Shown: positions 1 through 10,740 of the stretch, piece by piece
Position numbering within the stretch: position 1 is the stretch's first letter
How the letters are laid out: the number at the start of each line of letters is the position of its first letter
From: Paramoeba atlantica
Lineage: Eukaryota; Protista; Discosea
DNA: 64,000 nt
Direction: 5' to 3'
NCBI GenBank assembly: GCA_977017575.1
Contig: CDRNVI010000071.1
Location: 251,929 to 315,928 of the forward strand
Position numbers and translations under genes: made by a program
The notes under the pieces: generated by a model
The model's database searches: none
What the model was told of the DNA's origin: nothing
The model's input: the letters and a program-made list of their open reading frames with translations, nothing else

Positions 1-900
1 CAGTAACGACACGCCGGAAGAGTGTGTATTTTTATCTCCCTGCCTGAATTCCGACGAGGGAGCCTGACTCTGCGAAATATCTACATCCACAGGCGAGCTG
101 TTTGTCCCAATACTCTTTTGTCCGGACTGACACTCTCCAGTAAAGTTTCCATGTGCCCCATTGTAACATTGTCGTGAATCACTGGCTTGTACAGAAGGTA
201 GATTAGAGGGATTTATAATAAAATTAAAGTTTTTATCGGTCTGACCCTCAGATATTCCTACATCACTAGATTCGCCGTCAAGAAACGACTCTGCGAAATT
301 TTCCTGGTCTCTTGCATTGCTATTGCCTTTTTGTAGTTTGCTTTCCACATTTTTTAACGCGTGTAATCTGCCCAAAGCGTAACGAAGTCTTCGGTAATCC
401 GCTGAGGACGGCAGCCGAGGCATCCAGCCTTGCTCTACATCACTATGCCAGACGCCAAACTCATCTGTTTGAAATGGTTTGTTACTCACAGAATTGAGTT
501 CATACGGCGTGGGCTTCGAAGCGCCCGGGGTGGAAGGAGAAAGAGGAAGGACAAGGTACATTGTTGTTTCAAGGTTGGTGTCCTGAGCAAAGCCACGGTA
601 TATTTTTCCATGAGTCACGCCTAGAATCGGAGCTATGCGATACTCGTCTCCCCCAGTCGGACGCTGTAACAGTACCCGCACATAGAGTCCGGGGAGAATA
701 TCCTCCAACAGCTGTCGTCTGGTCTGGGTAGAGAGGTAAGAAACAATCGCACTGCGCGTTACTTGCAGAGCTCGCACCGTCGGAAGGCGTGAAGCAGAAG
801 CGCTAGTTGCTGGCTCCGTGCGGGAAGGCATTGTAGAGCGTATATGAAGTGTCTGGTAATATTCTAAAAAATTAGGCGGGGGAAGAGGGAGAGTTGGCAT
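1..900 (-). CDS. Plus3-domain (Rtf1-type) protein, 3' end runs off the window
   Basis: Manual translation gives an ATG at 900 and an open frame to position 1, so the ORF track missed it. The sequence TRSAIVSYL..LEDILPGLYVRVLL..EYRIAPILGV..TTMYLVL..YELNSVSNKPFQTDEFGVW follows the Plus3 pattern. Confidence 0.72.
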   Translation of the reverse strand, partial: MPTLPLPPPNFLEYYQTLHIRSTMPSRTEPATSASASRLPTVRALQVTRSAIVSYLSTQTRRQLLEDILPGLYVRVLLQRPTGGDEYRIAPILGVTHGKIYRGFAQDTNLETTMYLVLPLSPSTPGASKPTPYELNSVSNKPFQTDEFGVWHSDVEQGWMPRLPSSADYRRLRYALGRLHALKNVESKLQKGNSNARDQENFAESFLDGESSDVGISEGQTDKNFNFIINPSNLPSVQASDSRQCYNGAHGNFTGECQSGQKSIGTNSSPVDVDISQSQAPSSEFRQGDKNTHSSGVSLL

Positions 901-1095
901 CAAGTTCTTAGTTTTGCCAAGAAGCAAGATCCTTCCCATTTTAAGAATCACGTGCTTCTATAAATAAACGTAATGTAGTGGTTGCATAATTACCATAATT
1001 CATGTAATGTAGCATAAAAAATGCCTATGATATCATATGTAATATATCAATTGAAAAACCCAGATAACGTTTCTGAAGTAAACGACGTTACAGGT

Positions 1096-1160
1096 TAACA
1101 TGCCGGGGAGGCATGTTATGGTGCTACAGGCATGTTATGGTGTTACAGGCATGTTAAATT
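1096..1160. repeat. GGCATGTTA short tandem repeat, second copy at about 1826-1898
   Basis: taacatgccggggaggcatgttatggtgctacaggcatgtta recurs nearly verbatim at 1855-1898. Confidence 0.65.
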
Positions 1161-1916
1161 TCTGAACCTCCGTTTGAAAGAATAAGGAAAGCAATCGACA
1201 CAAAAATTGGTTTTGACCTCACTGTTAAATTAAACGTTACGAAACTTTGCTTTAGAAATTTTTGCTTTAAACTTTCCAACTTCACTTACTCATGGTTTCA
1301 ATTATTCCTGACCTTGCTCTTCTGAATCCACTCCTGTATAGTACAAACATAGGCTCTTCCATTTGGGTTTGTTGGTACAGTTGGGCTTGGAGAAGTTAAT
1401 GTTGGCGCTATTGCGACTTCTGGGGGAACAAGAGTATGCGATCCCCGGGACAGAGATATGCTCATGGTTTGTGTATCCTAGGCGGGGGAAAGACCCAACG
1501 ATGTCCATCGAACCTAGAGTGTCCATCGAACCTAGGTCGGAGAGCTCTACTATCAGTAGCTCAACATCTTTATCAGCAGCTTCGTCTTCCTCATCATTAT
1601 CCTCTTCTTCCTCTTCCTGCTCGTCTTCCTCTCCCTCGCCCTCCCCCTCTTATTCAGAGAACTCTTTTTCACAGGATTCCTCACGAGTATGGCCCTGATT
1701 CGACAATGAAAAATGAACACAGTATTATTCTGAAGAGAGGGCTAAAAGAAATAAAGGTTAAAGAAACAAGAGGGAAATATAGTGTACCAAAAAAAAGGCT
1801 CGGCTTCGCCGAGAAAATCAGAAGGGGGGCATGTTATAAGACCCCATTTCACGATAACATGCCGGGGGGGGCATGTTATGGTGATATAGGCATGTTAACC
1901 CGTGCCCTCGTTTATA

Positions 1917-2841
1917 AACCCCCCACAGCGAATAAGTCACCCCCCTCTTTTTTTTGTACAACGAGGCTTAGGGGGGTTGCGGCACCACTTTTTCGTTCAA
2001 AATTTTGAGATCTGCACGTTCCCGCTGTTTTTAGACCTCTTCACAGATAACAAATTAAAACTCATTTTTTTAATGACGTTTTTACATAGTCATGCCAATA
2101 TTACCCGAAAAATCTCATGTTCCTCGACCAGGGGGGGAGAAGGGGGTCAACATGAAAATGGTGTCACAGATCTTCGCTAGGGGAACGAGATCTCTCGATT
2201 GCAACAAAAATGATCAAAAACAGATAACAAACATGCAATTTGTCACGTGGTGGAATATTTTTCTTTGATTGGTTCTTTCTTGAAACAGTGATAAATTAAC
2301 TTTTTTAAGCTGTCCCCTTTACTTTTTGCTTGAAGGGGCCTAAGGGGGTTAAGATATCATTTTCTCGTTCAAAATTTTGAGATCTACACGTTCCCACCAT
2401 TTTTAGATCATTTTAGAAACTGAAAAAGAAAATTATTTTTAGGTTCTATTGTTTTGCATCGTTATACCACACTAATTTAAGAAAACAAACACTCCGCGGC
2501 CAGGGGGCACAAGTGGGTCAATATTAAAAAAGAGCGGCAAAGATCTTTTCTAGGAGAACGAGATCTCTCGTTCGCAACAAAAATCAGCAAAAACGGACAA
2601 AAATAATTGAATTTCTCATGGGAGGAGAAGATTAATTTTGTTAAAGTGTGAGAAATTGATCTCTTGAAAAATGTGAAGAAAGTGATAATCCATCTATCGG
2701 ATGCACGCATTTGAGAGCCTTGGTTCCATGCTATAACGCGCAAAGTCTTTGTGTTGGGAACAGCAAAATGCAACAAAAATGAGCTCAAACGGACACTTGG
2801 CTGAAAAGTTAGAGGGGGGTGACTTTTCGCTGTGGGGGGTT
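1917..2841. mobile_element. Non-autonomous TIR element (family A), TA-flanked
   Basis: TA|aaccccccacagcgaataagtcaccccc at the left end mirrors gggggtgacttttcgctgtggggggtt|TA at the right. It contains two diverged internal direct repeats (about 1960-2290 and 2340-2680) and has no credible ORF. Confidence 0.7.
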
Positions 2842-3129
2842 TATATAAATTCATAGATCGTATATGCTTTACGATTCAAACAATTCGTTATTAACCAAAA
2901 CTTTTCAAGTATATTGAACAAACTATGGTTGACCTAAGGTACACTAAAAACACCCCTATGTACTCACTATTCATGTACTAACGAATGGACTAAGAAAATA
3001 CACGTAAGAACATCGAAAACTTTGAAAGCAGATAAATAAATAAATCCTAATAGAAAAGATATAAACTCACTAATGTTTGCCGTCACATTCAAATAATTCA
3101 ATTGATGAATTACTATCACAAGTTTACAT

Positions 3130-3693
3130 TCACCATTCCAAGTGCAGTAAGGTTTTTGGTAGATCTTCCTTCTTTGCTTCTATTACTAGATTTTGGTTAT
3201 CGACCATAAACAAAGTATTCATATGAGGGGGTAGATTTGATAGACCTACAACCCCACTGAAGCGATTTGCAGACATATGAAGCACTTTTAAAGAGTTCGG
3301 TAACATGCTCAGATTGGGCTGACCAGTAAAAAAATTTCCAGACAAACTGATTGTGTGTAGTTTCTGTGGGAAACTATCCCACAGTACTTCTCCTTCCAAA
3401 GAGTTGATGCCAAGTCTTAACACAGCCAATGTGACAGGTAAATAGCGCCAGTTTACTGTACCATGCAGCTGCTTAAAATGCCATAAAAGAGCATCGATAT
3501 TTCCATTTTTATCACATTGCACACTGTCCCAGTCACAGGCAGGGGTCTCCTCGCTCCACAAAGGGTGCGTACGCGTAATGTTTTTTATAAGAAGACCCAA
3601 ATCGTATTCCTGTGGCCAAGCCACTCCCCGAACTTTGGCAGGACGCCTCACGATTTCCGTACCGTCATCGTGTAAATGAATTGCAGACAACAT
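3130..3693 (-). CDS. Leucine-rich repeat protein (LRRNT cap plus about 4 LRRs)
   Basis: 187 aa ORF with an ACDWDSVQC cap and LxxLxLxxNxL/FxG repeats (LAVLRLGINSLEG, LHTISLSGNFFTG, LKVLHMSANRFSG). Confidence 0.8.
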   Translation of the reverse strand: MLSAIHLHDDGTEIVRRPAKVRGVAWPQEYDLGLLIKNITRTHPLWSEETPACDWDSVQCDKNGNIDALLWHFKQLHGTVNWRYLPVTLAVLRLGINSLEGEVLWDSFPQKLHTISLSGNFFTGQPNLSMLPNSLKVLHMSANRFSGVVGLSNLPPHMNTLFMVDNQNLVIEAKKEDLPKTLLHLEW

Positions 3694-3862
3694 TGAACTA
3701 CTCTATCAAAATTGAAAGTCTATTAGGTATTCTGTCAAGATGCTGAGCAATCCAATCAAAATTGCTCATAACATGTTTAATAACCTTTTAACTTTTTGCA
3801 TTAAAAAAACATAAAACTTTGTCAAGTGGGTCACAGCAATAGTAAGGGCCTTTCACATTTAA

Positions 3863-5335
3863 CTACATAGGAGGTTTCACGCGATCCACGCACCGCCGCA
3901 CTATATCGTTGACATTAGCTATATTCATTACAGGGCACTCTTGAATAACAGATGATTGCATTGCGGAGAACAAATCATCGTTGGCAGCTTCCGACATTGT
4001 GTTAATCCATTCTGTAAGTTCCCACTCACGACGTGTCGTGCTATTGAAGAGCGTTGTTGATCCACTCGCTGCTAGCCCGGTACTGTCTGGGAAGAAATCA
4101 GATCTAAGACACTCTGCGTGTGGGTCACAAGATTCTGAAGTGTTTTTAGTTTCTGCGTCTGTTTTCATTTCAGAAAATTGTTCATTCAAATTCGTAGAAT
4201 TTTCTCTATATTCCTGAAATGTGCGCCGTAGGAGAGATATCCGGTCAACTAAATTGAGACAATGTGGAATATATACAAGAACAGAGTTGCAGATATCAAT
4301 CGGATTAGCATATGATCTATTCTGCAACGCTGCAAATAATTGGGCAGTGCCTAGCAATTCCTCATGAACAGAATTAAATACGATAGGGCTCGTAGAAATG
4401 GATCTCAGGGCAAGACGAACGCCTCGAACCAGTTGATCAAGGTATCGCTTGAGAGCGGTACTTACAAAAACAGAATCATATACAGAAGTAGCCGCGAGCA
4501 TATTTGCTTTAATAGACTCGTCTAATTTTACCTCCCCGTGCGTCGGTGCAATGTTTTCTATACACAAATGCATGCGAAATCTTTTGCGTAGATCAAGATC
4601 AAACTTTGCGTATCCACCCTCCTTCACTAATACAATGATAGCAAATGGAAAAGGCACGCGACGCACGGTGTTTCCAACAGATTCCACAACACCAAAAGCC
4701 ATTAACTCCAAAATGGCTGCATGTGTCTCGGGACGTCCTTTGTCTAAATCGTACAAGACGTACACGCATGGCGGGTTATCGTGAAACCTCGAACCGTCTA
4801 GGAAAAAATCACTTTTTTCATTCCATTCAGGAGCAGATGTTCTTGTCCATCCTTGCCTATGAAACTTCGACCCCGACAAGCGTCCATCCATCACATTCAC
4901 CTCCTTGTCAGTCTTACCGTAATCCGCCAAGTGGTAACGTCTTGAACGCACTGGTCGAGATGGATGTAGATGTGAATTCATATCTTCTCCTTGCAATTCT
5001 ATAGACGGCTTGCGGTCACGGTTAGACGAATTACGTAAACTATATGGAGTGTCGAGTAAAAGTGCAGAGAGATCCGCGCGTGTCATGTGCGGGTATACCC
5101 CTATAGGTTCAATGAAATGATTTGGCAAATTGATTTTTAGGAAATTCGTCACACTTAGTGCTGCAGAAGGTAAATCCTTGCGCTTTTCATAACTTGAGTG
5201 TGATTTAACCATGTTTTCGTCGTGTGAACCCTCCTGAGGACGCACAGTAACAAATACGTGTTGTAACAAACCCGAAGCGCAACACAAAAGTTGGCCATCT
5301 GACAGATCATTCATGCTTGCTGTCTTGATCACCAT
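3863..5335 (-). CDS. Hypothetical protein, 490 aa
   Basis: Long ATG-initiated ORF on the coding strand; no family recognised. Confidence 0.75.
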   Translation of the reverse strand: MVIKTASMNDLSDGQLLCCASGLLQHVFVTVRPQEGSHDENMVKSHSSYEKRKDLPSAALSVTNFLKINLPNHFIEPIGVYPHMTRADLSALLLDTPYSLRNSSNRDRKPSIELQGEDMNSHLHPSRPVRSRRYHLADYGKTDKEVNVMDGRLSGSKFHRQGWTRTSAPEWNEKSDFFLDGSRFHDNPPCVYVLYDLDKGRPETHAAILELMAFGVVESVGNTVRRVPFPFAIIVLVKEGGYAKFDLDLRKRFRMHLCIENIAPTHGEVKLDESIKANMLAATSVYDSVFVSTALKRYLDQLVRGVRLALRSISTSPIVFNSVHEELLGTAQLFAALQNRSYANPIDICNSVLVYIPHCLNLVDRISLLRRTFQEYRENSTNLNEQFSEMKTDAETKNTSESCDPHAECLRSDFFPDSTGLAASGSTTLFNSTTRREWELTEWINTMSEAANDDLFSAMQSSVIQECPVMNIANVNDIVRRCVDRVKPPM

Positions 5336-5454
5336 ACCCTTGTAGCATGCAAAAGTGTAGCTTTCGTATCCGTTATTTTTTTCAGAAACAAAGAGAGTAG
5401 CAACGTCGACATTAAATAGACTTACAAAACCCGGGGAACGGTATATTATTCAAA

Positions 5455-5670
5455 TCGGAATTTGGATAATATAGTATTATTTGGATAATACAGTGTTATG
5501 CGGCTCCATTTGAATAATATAGCGTTATTTGAATAATATTATATTATAAGTATGTATATTATACATAACCATGTGTATGTATACATAACCTGGAGGTGAC
5601 CTGTAGTGACCTCACTACATACATGTATGTAGTGAGTCACTACATTCAGTACATTTGGGTCACTACACTC
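5455..5670. repeat. AT-rich tandem repeats plus a perfect 26-bp palindrome (5611-5636)
   Basis: About four copies of ttt(g)gataatatag; ctcactacatacatgtatgtagtgag is self-complementary; tcactaca recurs. Confidence 0.7.
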
Positions 5671-5739
5671 ACTACACTTTCACCACCATACGTTTTGGCT
5701 TTCACGTACCTCCTTGAATGCTCGATAAAAATTATAGTA

Positions 5740-6047
5740 CTGTGACCCCCCCCTTTATACTTCGCCCATTTTGAGCAGTAACGAAGTATAAAGGGGGGGT
5801 CTGATTTTTTTCCCCGCTGTAAAAAAAAAAAACGCGCCGCTTCGCGGCGCGGCTCATCCCGTTTTCCTGTCTTTCCTTTTATGTACATAACATATAACAT
5901 GTATATCACCTTCCATTTCTAGAAGGGAAGACTCAGAACGTTCTTGTTTTTTCCTAAACATTTTTGAAAAATTACGAAAATAAATAAAAATCGCCCCCCC
6001 TTCGGGGGGGGGCACACAGAAAACGAAGTATAAAAGGGGGGTCACAG
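5740..6047. mobile_element. MITE (308 bp), TIR CTGTGACCCCCC, TA-flanked
   Basis: TA|ctgtgacccccccctttatacttcg ... cgaagtataaaaggggggtcacag|TA, with an extra internal copy of the TIR core at about 5783-5800. Confidence 0.78.
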
Positions 6048-6102
6048 TACTATAAAAACGAGAAAAGAAAGGCACCACAAAGCCCCCTTTACCCACGCCG
6101 CC

Positions 6103-6715
6103 CTACTCCCCTGAGGCCACTCTCAGCATCTGAGCGTTGCCGCGTTGGATGGCGACGCCAGTGGCCATAATCATGTGCTCTGTAGAGCCTTTTGGGTTGG
6201 AAGTTTGCCGGCCCAAGTTCCGCAAAAGGGAATGTGTCGCGTTCCCCGGGATTCCGAAGACCGTGAAGGCTAGCGGGTAGAGGACCACCCCTCTCTCGTT
6301 TGCCATCTCTCCATTTTTTTTAAGCTTCTCGGCTTCCGCTTTGGCGAGTGTGCAGCCTGGATTTTTGTTTTCGGCCTCCACATACGATGCGGCCAGGGGA
6401 TTCACCACGGTAACGTCGATAAGAACGAGCTGACGTAGGAGGTAGCTGATTTGGTAGGTAGGAGGTAGCGGAGTCGGAGGGCAGTCTGTCATTCCGGTTC
6501 GGACATCATGTATTCTTTTTTTTTTTTTAACAATAATAATAAAAAGAAGCAATTTATGCCCAATTCAATCGCGCGTTCCGGACCGGGTCTTTCGACCACT
6601 CCTCGGCCTGACTTGTAAGTCTTTTTTTTTTTTTTGCGGTGTATTCCGATCGATTGGGAAGTGCTTGGAGCCAGTACCGGGAGTAGATGTTGTTGACTTG
6701 CAACAGACCCTTTTT
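6103..6715 (-). mobile_element. Decayed 3' part of a CRE/SLACS-like non-LTR retrotransposon (restriction-like endonuclease domain)
   Basis: LIDVTVVNPLA..AEAEKLKK..LYPLAFTVFG..GVAIQRGNAQML matches the RLE C-terminus of CRE-clade elements. An upstream piece (6640-6715) reads YSRYWLQALP. The pieces are separated by A14-15 runs on the minus strand. Confidence 0.7.
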
Positions 6716-7334
6716 GCAAAGCAAAGTTATTAGTAATAACTTGGACTAGTAAACCTAGCTTGGACTAGTAAACTAGTAATTACTAAAAGTAGTAAACAAG
6801 CTAGTAATTACTAAAGTTACTACTTTTTTGGTCACGTACTTTTGGTCAGATTTAGGTAACATGTTAAGCTTTGGAAGAGCTCTACTTTACAGAAACGGTA
6901 TCTTTATCGTTGTGGAGAATGAATATCACCATCCTCCATTCATCTGAATATCTCAATACTATTCTCAACATTAATATCTAAATATTAATGTGTACTACAA
7001 AACATACTCCAAAACGTACGCTCGGATAAATAAACTGATAACAATTTTTAAACTTAGTCATTCTGTTCACGTGGGGGAAAACAAAGCGATTGAATAAAGC
7101 CCACGAAAAAAATTCACATGAAAACAGAAGCAAAACTCGTAAGCACAATCGAACACATAATTTAATTTTCTCCAGCTCCGAAAATGACATGCTCGCCCAA
7201 GTTCAAAGTCCGTCCTGCATATCTCGCACAATGATGCAAAAAGAAAAAATGATGATAATTCAAAATCGAGGGTTCGCCCAAGTTCGAAATCCTTCGTACA
7301 GTTCACGCACAATAGAGTAATGCAAATAAGAGTT

Positions 7335-7915
7335 CTACAAAACCCGTAAATTACTTCGAAGAAACATCTGCGTTGACACAACGTCAGTACCAATAGAAGC
7401 TTGGCGAGCTGAGTACTTGTGACCTAATATGGAGAGTATAGAGTCACAGGCCGTCACCAAAGGCGGAACAAAGAGATAACCCATGGCAGCTTCATATATC
7501 GTCGGAAAGAGTTCTCGACCGACCATATCCCACCATGCTTCATCACTAGTTCCTGCGGCATACTGGAAATCTTGACAGGAAATAAACGAATGCCATGCAG
7601 CTGGGCTGATCGAAAACATCGGATACCCGCTTTGAAACAAGTCATTCGCTCGATCGGCGGAAATCGGAGCCTTACCGCTAGGACGAGCAACAAGGGTAAT
7701 CCATTCGGGAGAAAACCACATAACATTCCCCCAAAACTTCATGAAATGGGTGTCGGATAGCCTAGCAACATGACGGGCAATAGACCTGGTCAGCTTTGAT
7801 GGTGCACTGGGCTCAGCAGAGTAGTCAAGCAGTCGCACACACATCGGATATACTAGAGTTGCCATTGCTCGGTCACACATGTCAGACAACTGACTGAGTG
7901 CTTTATGCAGCACAA
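7335..7915 (-). mobile_element. hAT-superfamily transposase C-terminal fragment (dimerisation domain)
   Basis: AWWDMVGRELFPTIYEAAMGYLFVPPLVTACDSILS..QMFLRSN resembles the hAT pattern WW..FP.L...A...L.IP.S....ER.FS...L.FL..N. The 5' end is cut at repeat family C. Confidence 0.6.
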
Positions 7916-7924
7916 TGCAGTACA

Positions 7925-8348
7925 ATAGGGGAAACGATTTTGGAAAATATTTTTTTTGCCATTTTTTTCGCCAAGTTGAATTTTCTTTCGAAAAAATCCG
8001 GACTTGGCGGACCCGTCCTGCGGATACGAGGCGGGGTCACCCCCGGGTAGGGGGGTGGAAAATGCGCGCCAAGACCCCGGCTACCCCTTCTGCGGGTTTG
8101 TTTCGAAAAAATAAATTTCAAAAAAATTTCGTGCGGTATGCTCCCCCCCTAGACCCCCCATTTTTTTCAATTATTTCAATTTTGGACCACCGGAGCCCCC
8201 TTTTATAATTTTTTCTTCTATTATATTACTGTGTTCCTCTTTATATTTTCACTGTTTTTGTTCACTTTTTTTCATTAATCGAGGGTAGAGCGGTAGTTTT
8301 ACAACCACCGTAATTATACCTCCTAGGTATAATAACCTGGACGGTGGT
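7925..8348 (+). repeat. Dispersed repeat family C, copy 1 (empty-site copy)
   Basis: ccggacttggcggacccgtcctgcggatacg..tcacccccgggtagggggt..aagaccccggctaccccttctg is shared with 35920-36227 (continuing 37582-37672) and 38440-38768. This copy ends in a nested hairpin at 8301-8348. Confidence 0.85.
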
Positions 8349-8465
8349 TTATACTGAAAGTTCTTAACCAATATTGAATATTGGTTAAATAAATAATGAG
8401 AATATTATTCTCATTTTATTCCTTTGCCCACTAAATGCATTTTACTTATCTTAAGAACCCAATTA

Positions 8466-8788
8466 CAGTGTTATATTTAATTACGGTATTATTTAATTAC
8501 GCTTTTAAGGTTATTTTTGGCTAAAATTAATCATAATTAAATTAACCGTAATATAAGCCACTCGGAAATTAATAATTTTTGAACACACTTTTTGAGTAAC
8601 TTTTAAGCACCCAAGCCATTGGATTCGTCTGTGATCATTTTATAAAGGTTTTCGTATGAAAGTGAGGCCGATGGTGATAGACATGAAAGAAAAGTATTTT
8701 TTTTCGGGGCTAAAAATAATCTTAATTAAAAATAACCGTAATTAAAAATAGCCGTAATATAATCCACTCGTATTTGAATACTTCACTG
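8466..8788. mobile_element. Putative MITE with TA|CAGTG...CACTG|TA ends
   Basis: Only 5 bp of perfect terminal match, but TAATTACGG subterminal repeats occur in opposite orientations at the two ends. Confidence 0.45.
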
Positions 8789-8877
8789 TAACGTGAAGAC
8801 TTACTTTCTATATGGACTAACATTTCATTTTGGACTGATGAATGGGAGTTGTCCGCGTCCTCCCGATCGCCAGTTCC

Positions 8878-10215
8878 CTATCGCCAAGTTTGATAGACAT
8901 TGCGACTCAATAGGTCTGCTAAGTTTTCTTTTGCGCTTCGCGTTCCGGTATCACGTGTATATTGTAATAAAGGGGGGGTTCGTCTATTATTAACAAACTT
9001 TTTTGTTAATAATAGACGGTTTGTTAATAATACACTGCCGACTAATATTATTGAGTTTTTAATTATTGGCGAAGCTCTGCAACTTTTAATTAAAAAATCA
9101 TTAATTTTTGTGCCAGTAATTTTCGTAGAAATTTGTACTTATCGACAAACAATAGAAGTTGTTAGTAGAGGGGCGGAAAACCCCAAAATTAGGTCAAAAG
9201 GGTTTTTTTTCTCCCAAAAAGATTCAAGAATTTTTACGGGGAAGAAAGTTGCTTTTTACCAAAAAATTACTATCCTTAGGAAGTACAATAGGTGTCCCTA
9301 GGTATAGCCCGGACGGTGGTTTGCATCTCTCTAATCTTGTCAAATGCGTTGCGAAGGGAAGGTTATTAAGAGGTCATTAAGTGAGGGGATGCGGGTGTGA
9401 TCTCGCATGATCTCACGACCGGGTGCTGACATAAAGCCAATCTCGCTCCTCCTGCGTCAAATCCTCTCATAAAATTTGAATTTTTGTGTAACATCTATGG
9501 CACTCTTCTCTAATATCTTGGTTGCCAAGATCAGACCTCATGAGAAATTCAAAAATTGACCAAAAAGATAAAAAAAATGTTTCTCGCCAAAAATTGACAA
9601 CTTTTAATTAAAAAAACAATAATTTTTGTGCCATGAATTTTAGCGATAATAATTTTGGGCTTGGGTGTAGATGAAATAATACCCCCTTTTTCAATAATAG
9701 ATGAACTTTTCATCTATTATTAACAATCGACCTTTTCGGCTTATTTTCGGCTTGTTTCCTACCCTTGCCCCCAAGAATAACCCCACTTTTACGAAAAAAA
9801 GCTCCATGAAAGTTAGGTTTAGCGGATTTTCCTTTAGGGAAGCTGAGAAAAATGAAGAAAATTAATTCTTGTTAATAATAGATGAATGTTAATAATAGAT
9901 GAAATAATACCATTTTTAATAATAGATGGTTGTTAATAATAGACGAACCCCCCTTTAGGCAAAATCGTTTAATATTCTTGCAAGCACTTCGGATATATGC
10001 GCTGATTCAGACCACTGTTTTCTAATCGCGTATTCGACGCTGGTATTATCTATCATAAGTCGGATGATGCTTCATGTTCGCCAAAAGGTTGAAAAGGATG
10101 AAATCGCGCGTTCCACCTCCAGGGTCTCCGCTTTGTTAATCTCGATCTCTGTCTCCCACTGGGCTCCGGTAGCGTAAACCTACCGCGCGTTCGAATCATC
10201 CGCAAAAGAAGCGAT
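8878..10215 (-). mobile_element. VIPER/DIRS-type retroelement RNase H relic, split by a MITE
   Basis: Removing 8970-9955 and one TA rejoins FADDSNAR*V..EINKAETLEV..IRLMIDNTSVEYAIRKQWSES..YNIHVIP(frameshift)SAKENLADLLSR, which carries the D-E-D-D residues of DIRS1-like RNase H. Two stops and one frameshift. Confidence 0.75.
8970..9955. mobile_element. MITE (about 986 bp), TIR AAGGGGGGTTCGTCTATTATTAACAA, TA-flanked
   Basis: About 26-bp TIRs, several ttgttaataataga subterminal repeats, and rejoining the flanks with a single TA restores the host reading frame. Confidence 0.85.
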
Positions 10216-10740
10216 TAAAAGACACAGGAGAGGAAGATACCAAAGTGTCAACAGGCGAAGAACTCAAGGAAAGCCGTCAGAAGACTGCGATAACCAACAA
10301 GACAACAAAGGTATTGTTAAGTTCACGACCAAATAAGGGCAATAAGAAAGTAAACGTAACAAAAACATGAAACGTGACCTCTTTCATGTGCTAACGTGAT
10401 TTACATAGGGGGTGCAGTTTAGTTCCAATATTTTCTTTGTATCGTTGCAAGATTCAGAATCAAGATGTGAATTAACCCGTTTGCTGTCGTGCTCACATCG
10501 GTAAATGCTAATTTGAGTATTATAGTGTTAAACCCTGTTCCGGGTTAATGTGCCTATAGCTACTTATTGTGCCGGGGTGGACACAATAACCCGGAACACG
10601 GTTTAATTTGAATAATGTAGCTCCGTGGGTAGCGAAAAATGTGGTTCCGGTGGATGATAACGCAAAAGTTTGTCTAAAATCCGGTCCACCATGGCAAGAA
10701 TTGGCGATTTGAATATTAAACCACCGTCCGGGTTATTATA

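Noticed and set aside
1302-1700. Acidic minus-strand frame (EGEGEEDEQEEEEED...)
   Set aside because: Interrupted by a stop, low complexity, no ATG before the acidic tract and no recognisable family; at most a pseudogene fragment.
8290-8330. Helitron-type 3' end (hairpin plus CTRR) for repeat C
   Set aside because: In copy 1 CTAG is followed by G and is part of a larger hairpin; in copy 2 the CTAA belongs to the TIR of the 37680 cassette.
8810-8850. Plus-strand WTNISFWTDE as a Tc1 catalytic motif
   Set aside because: The frame stops within about 20 codons and has no further DDE motifs.
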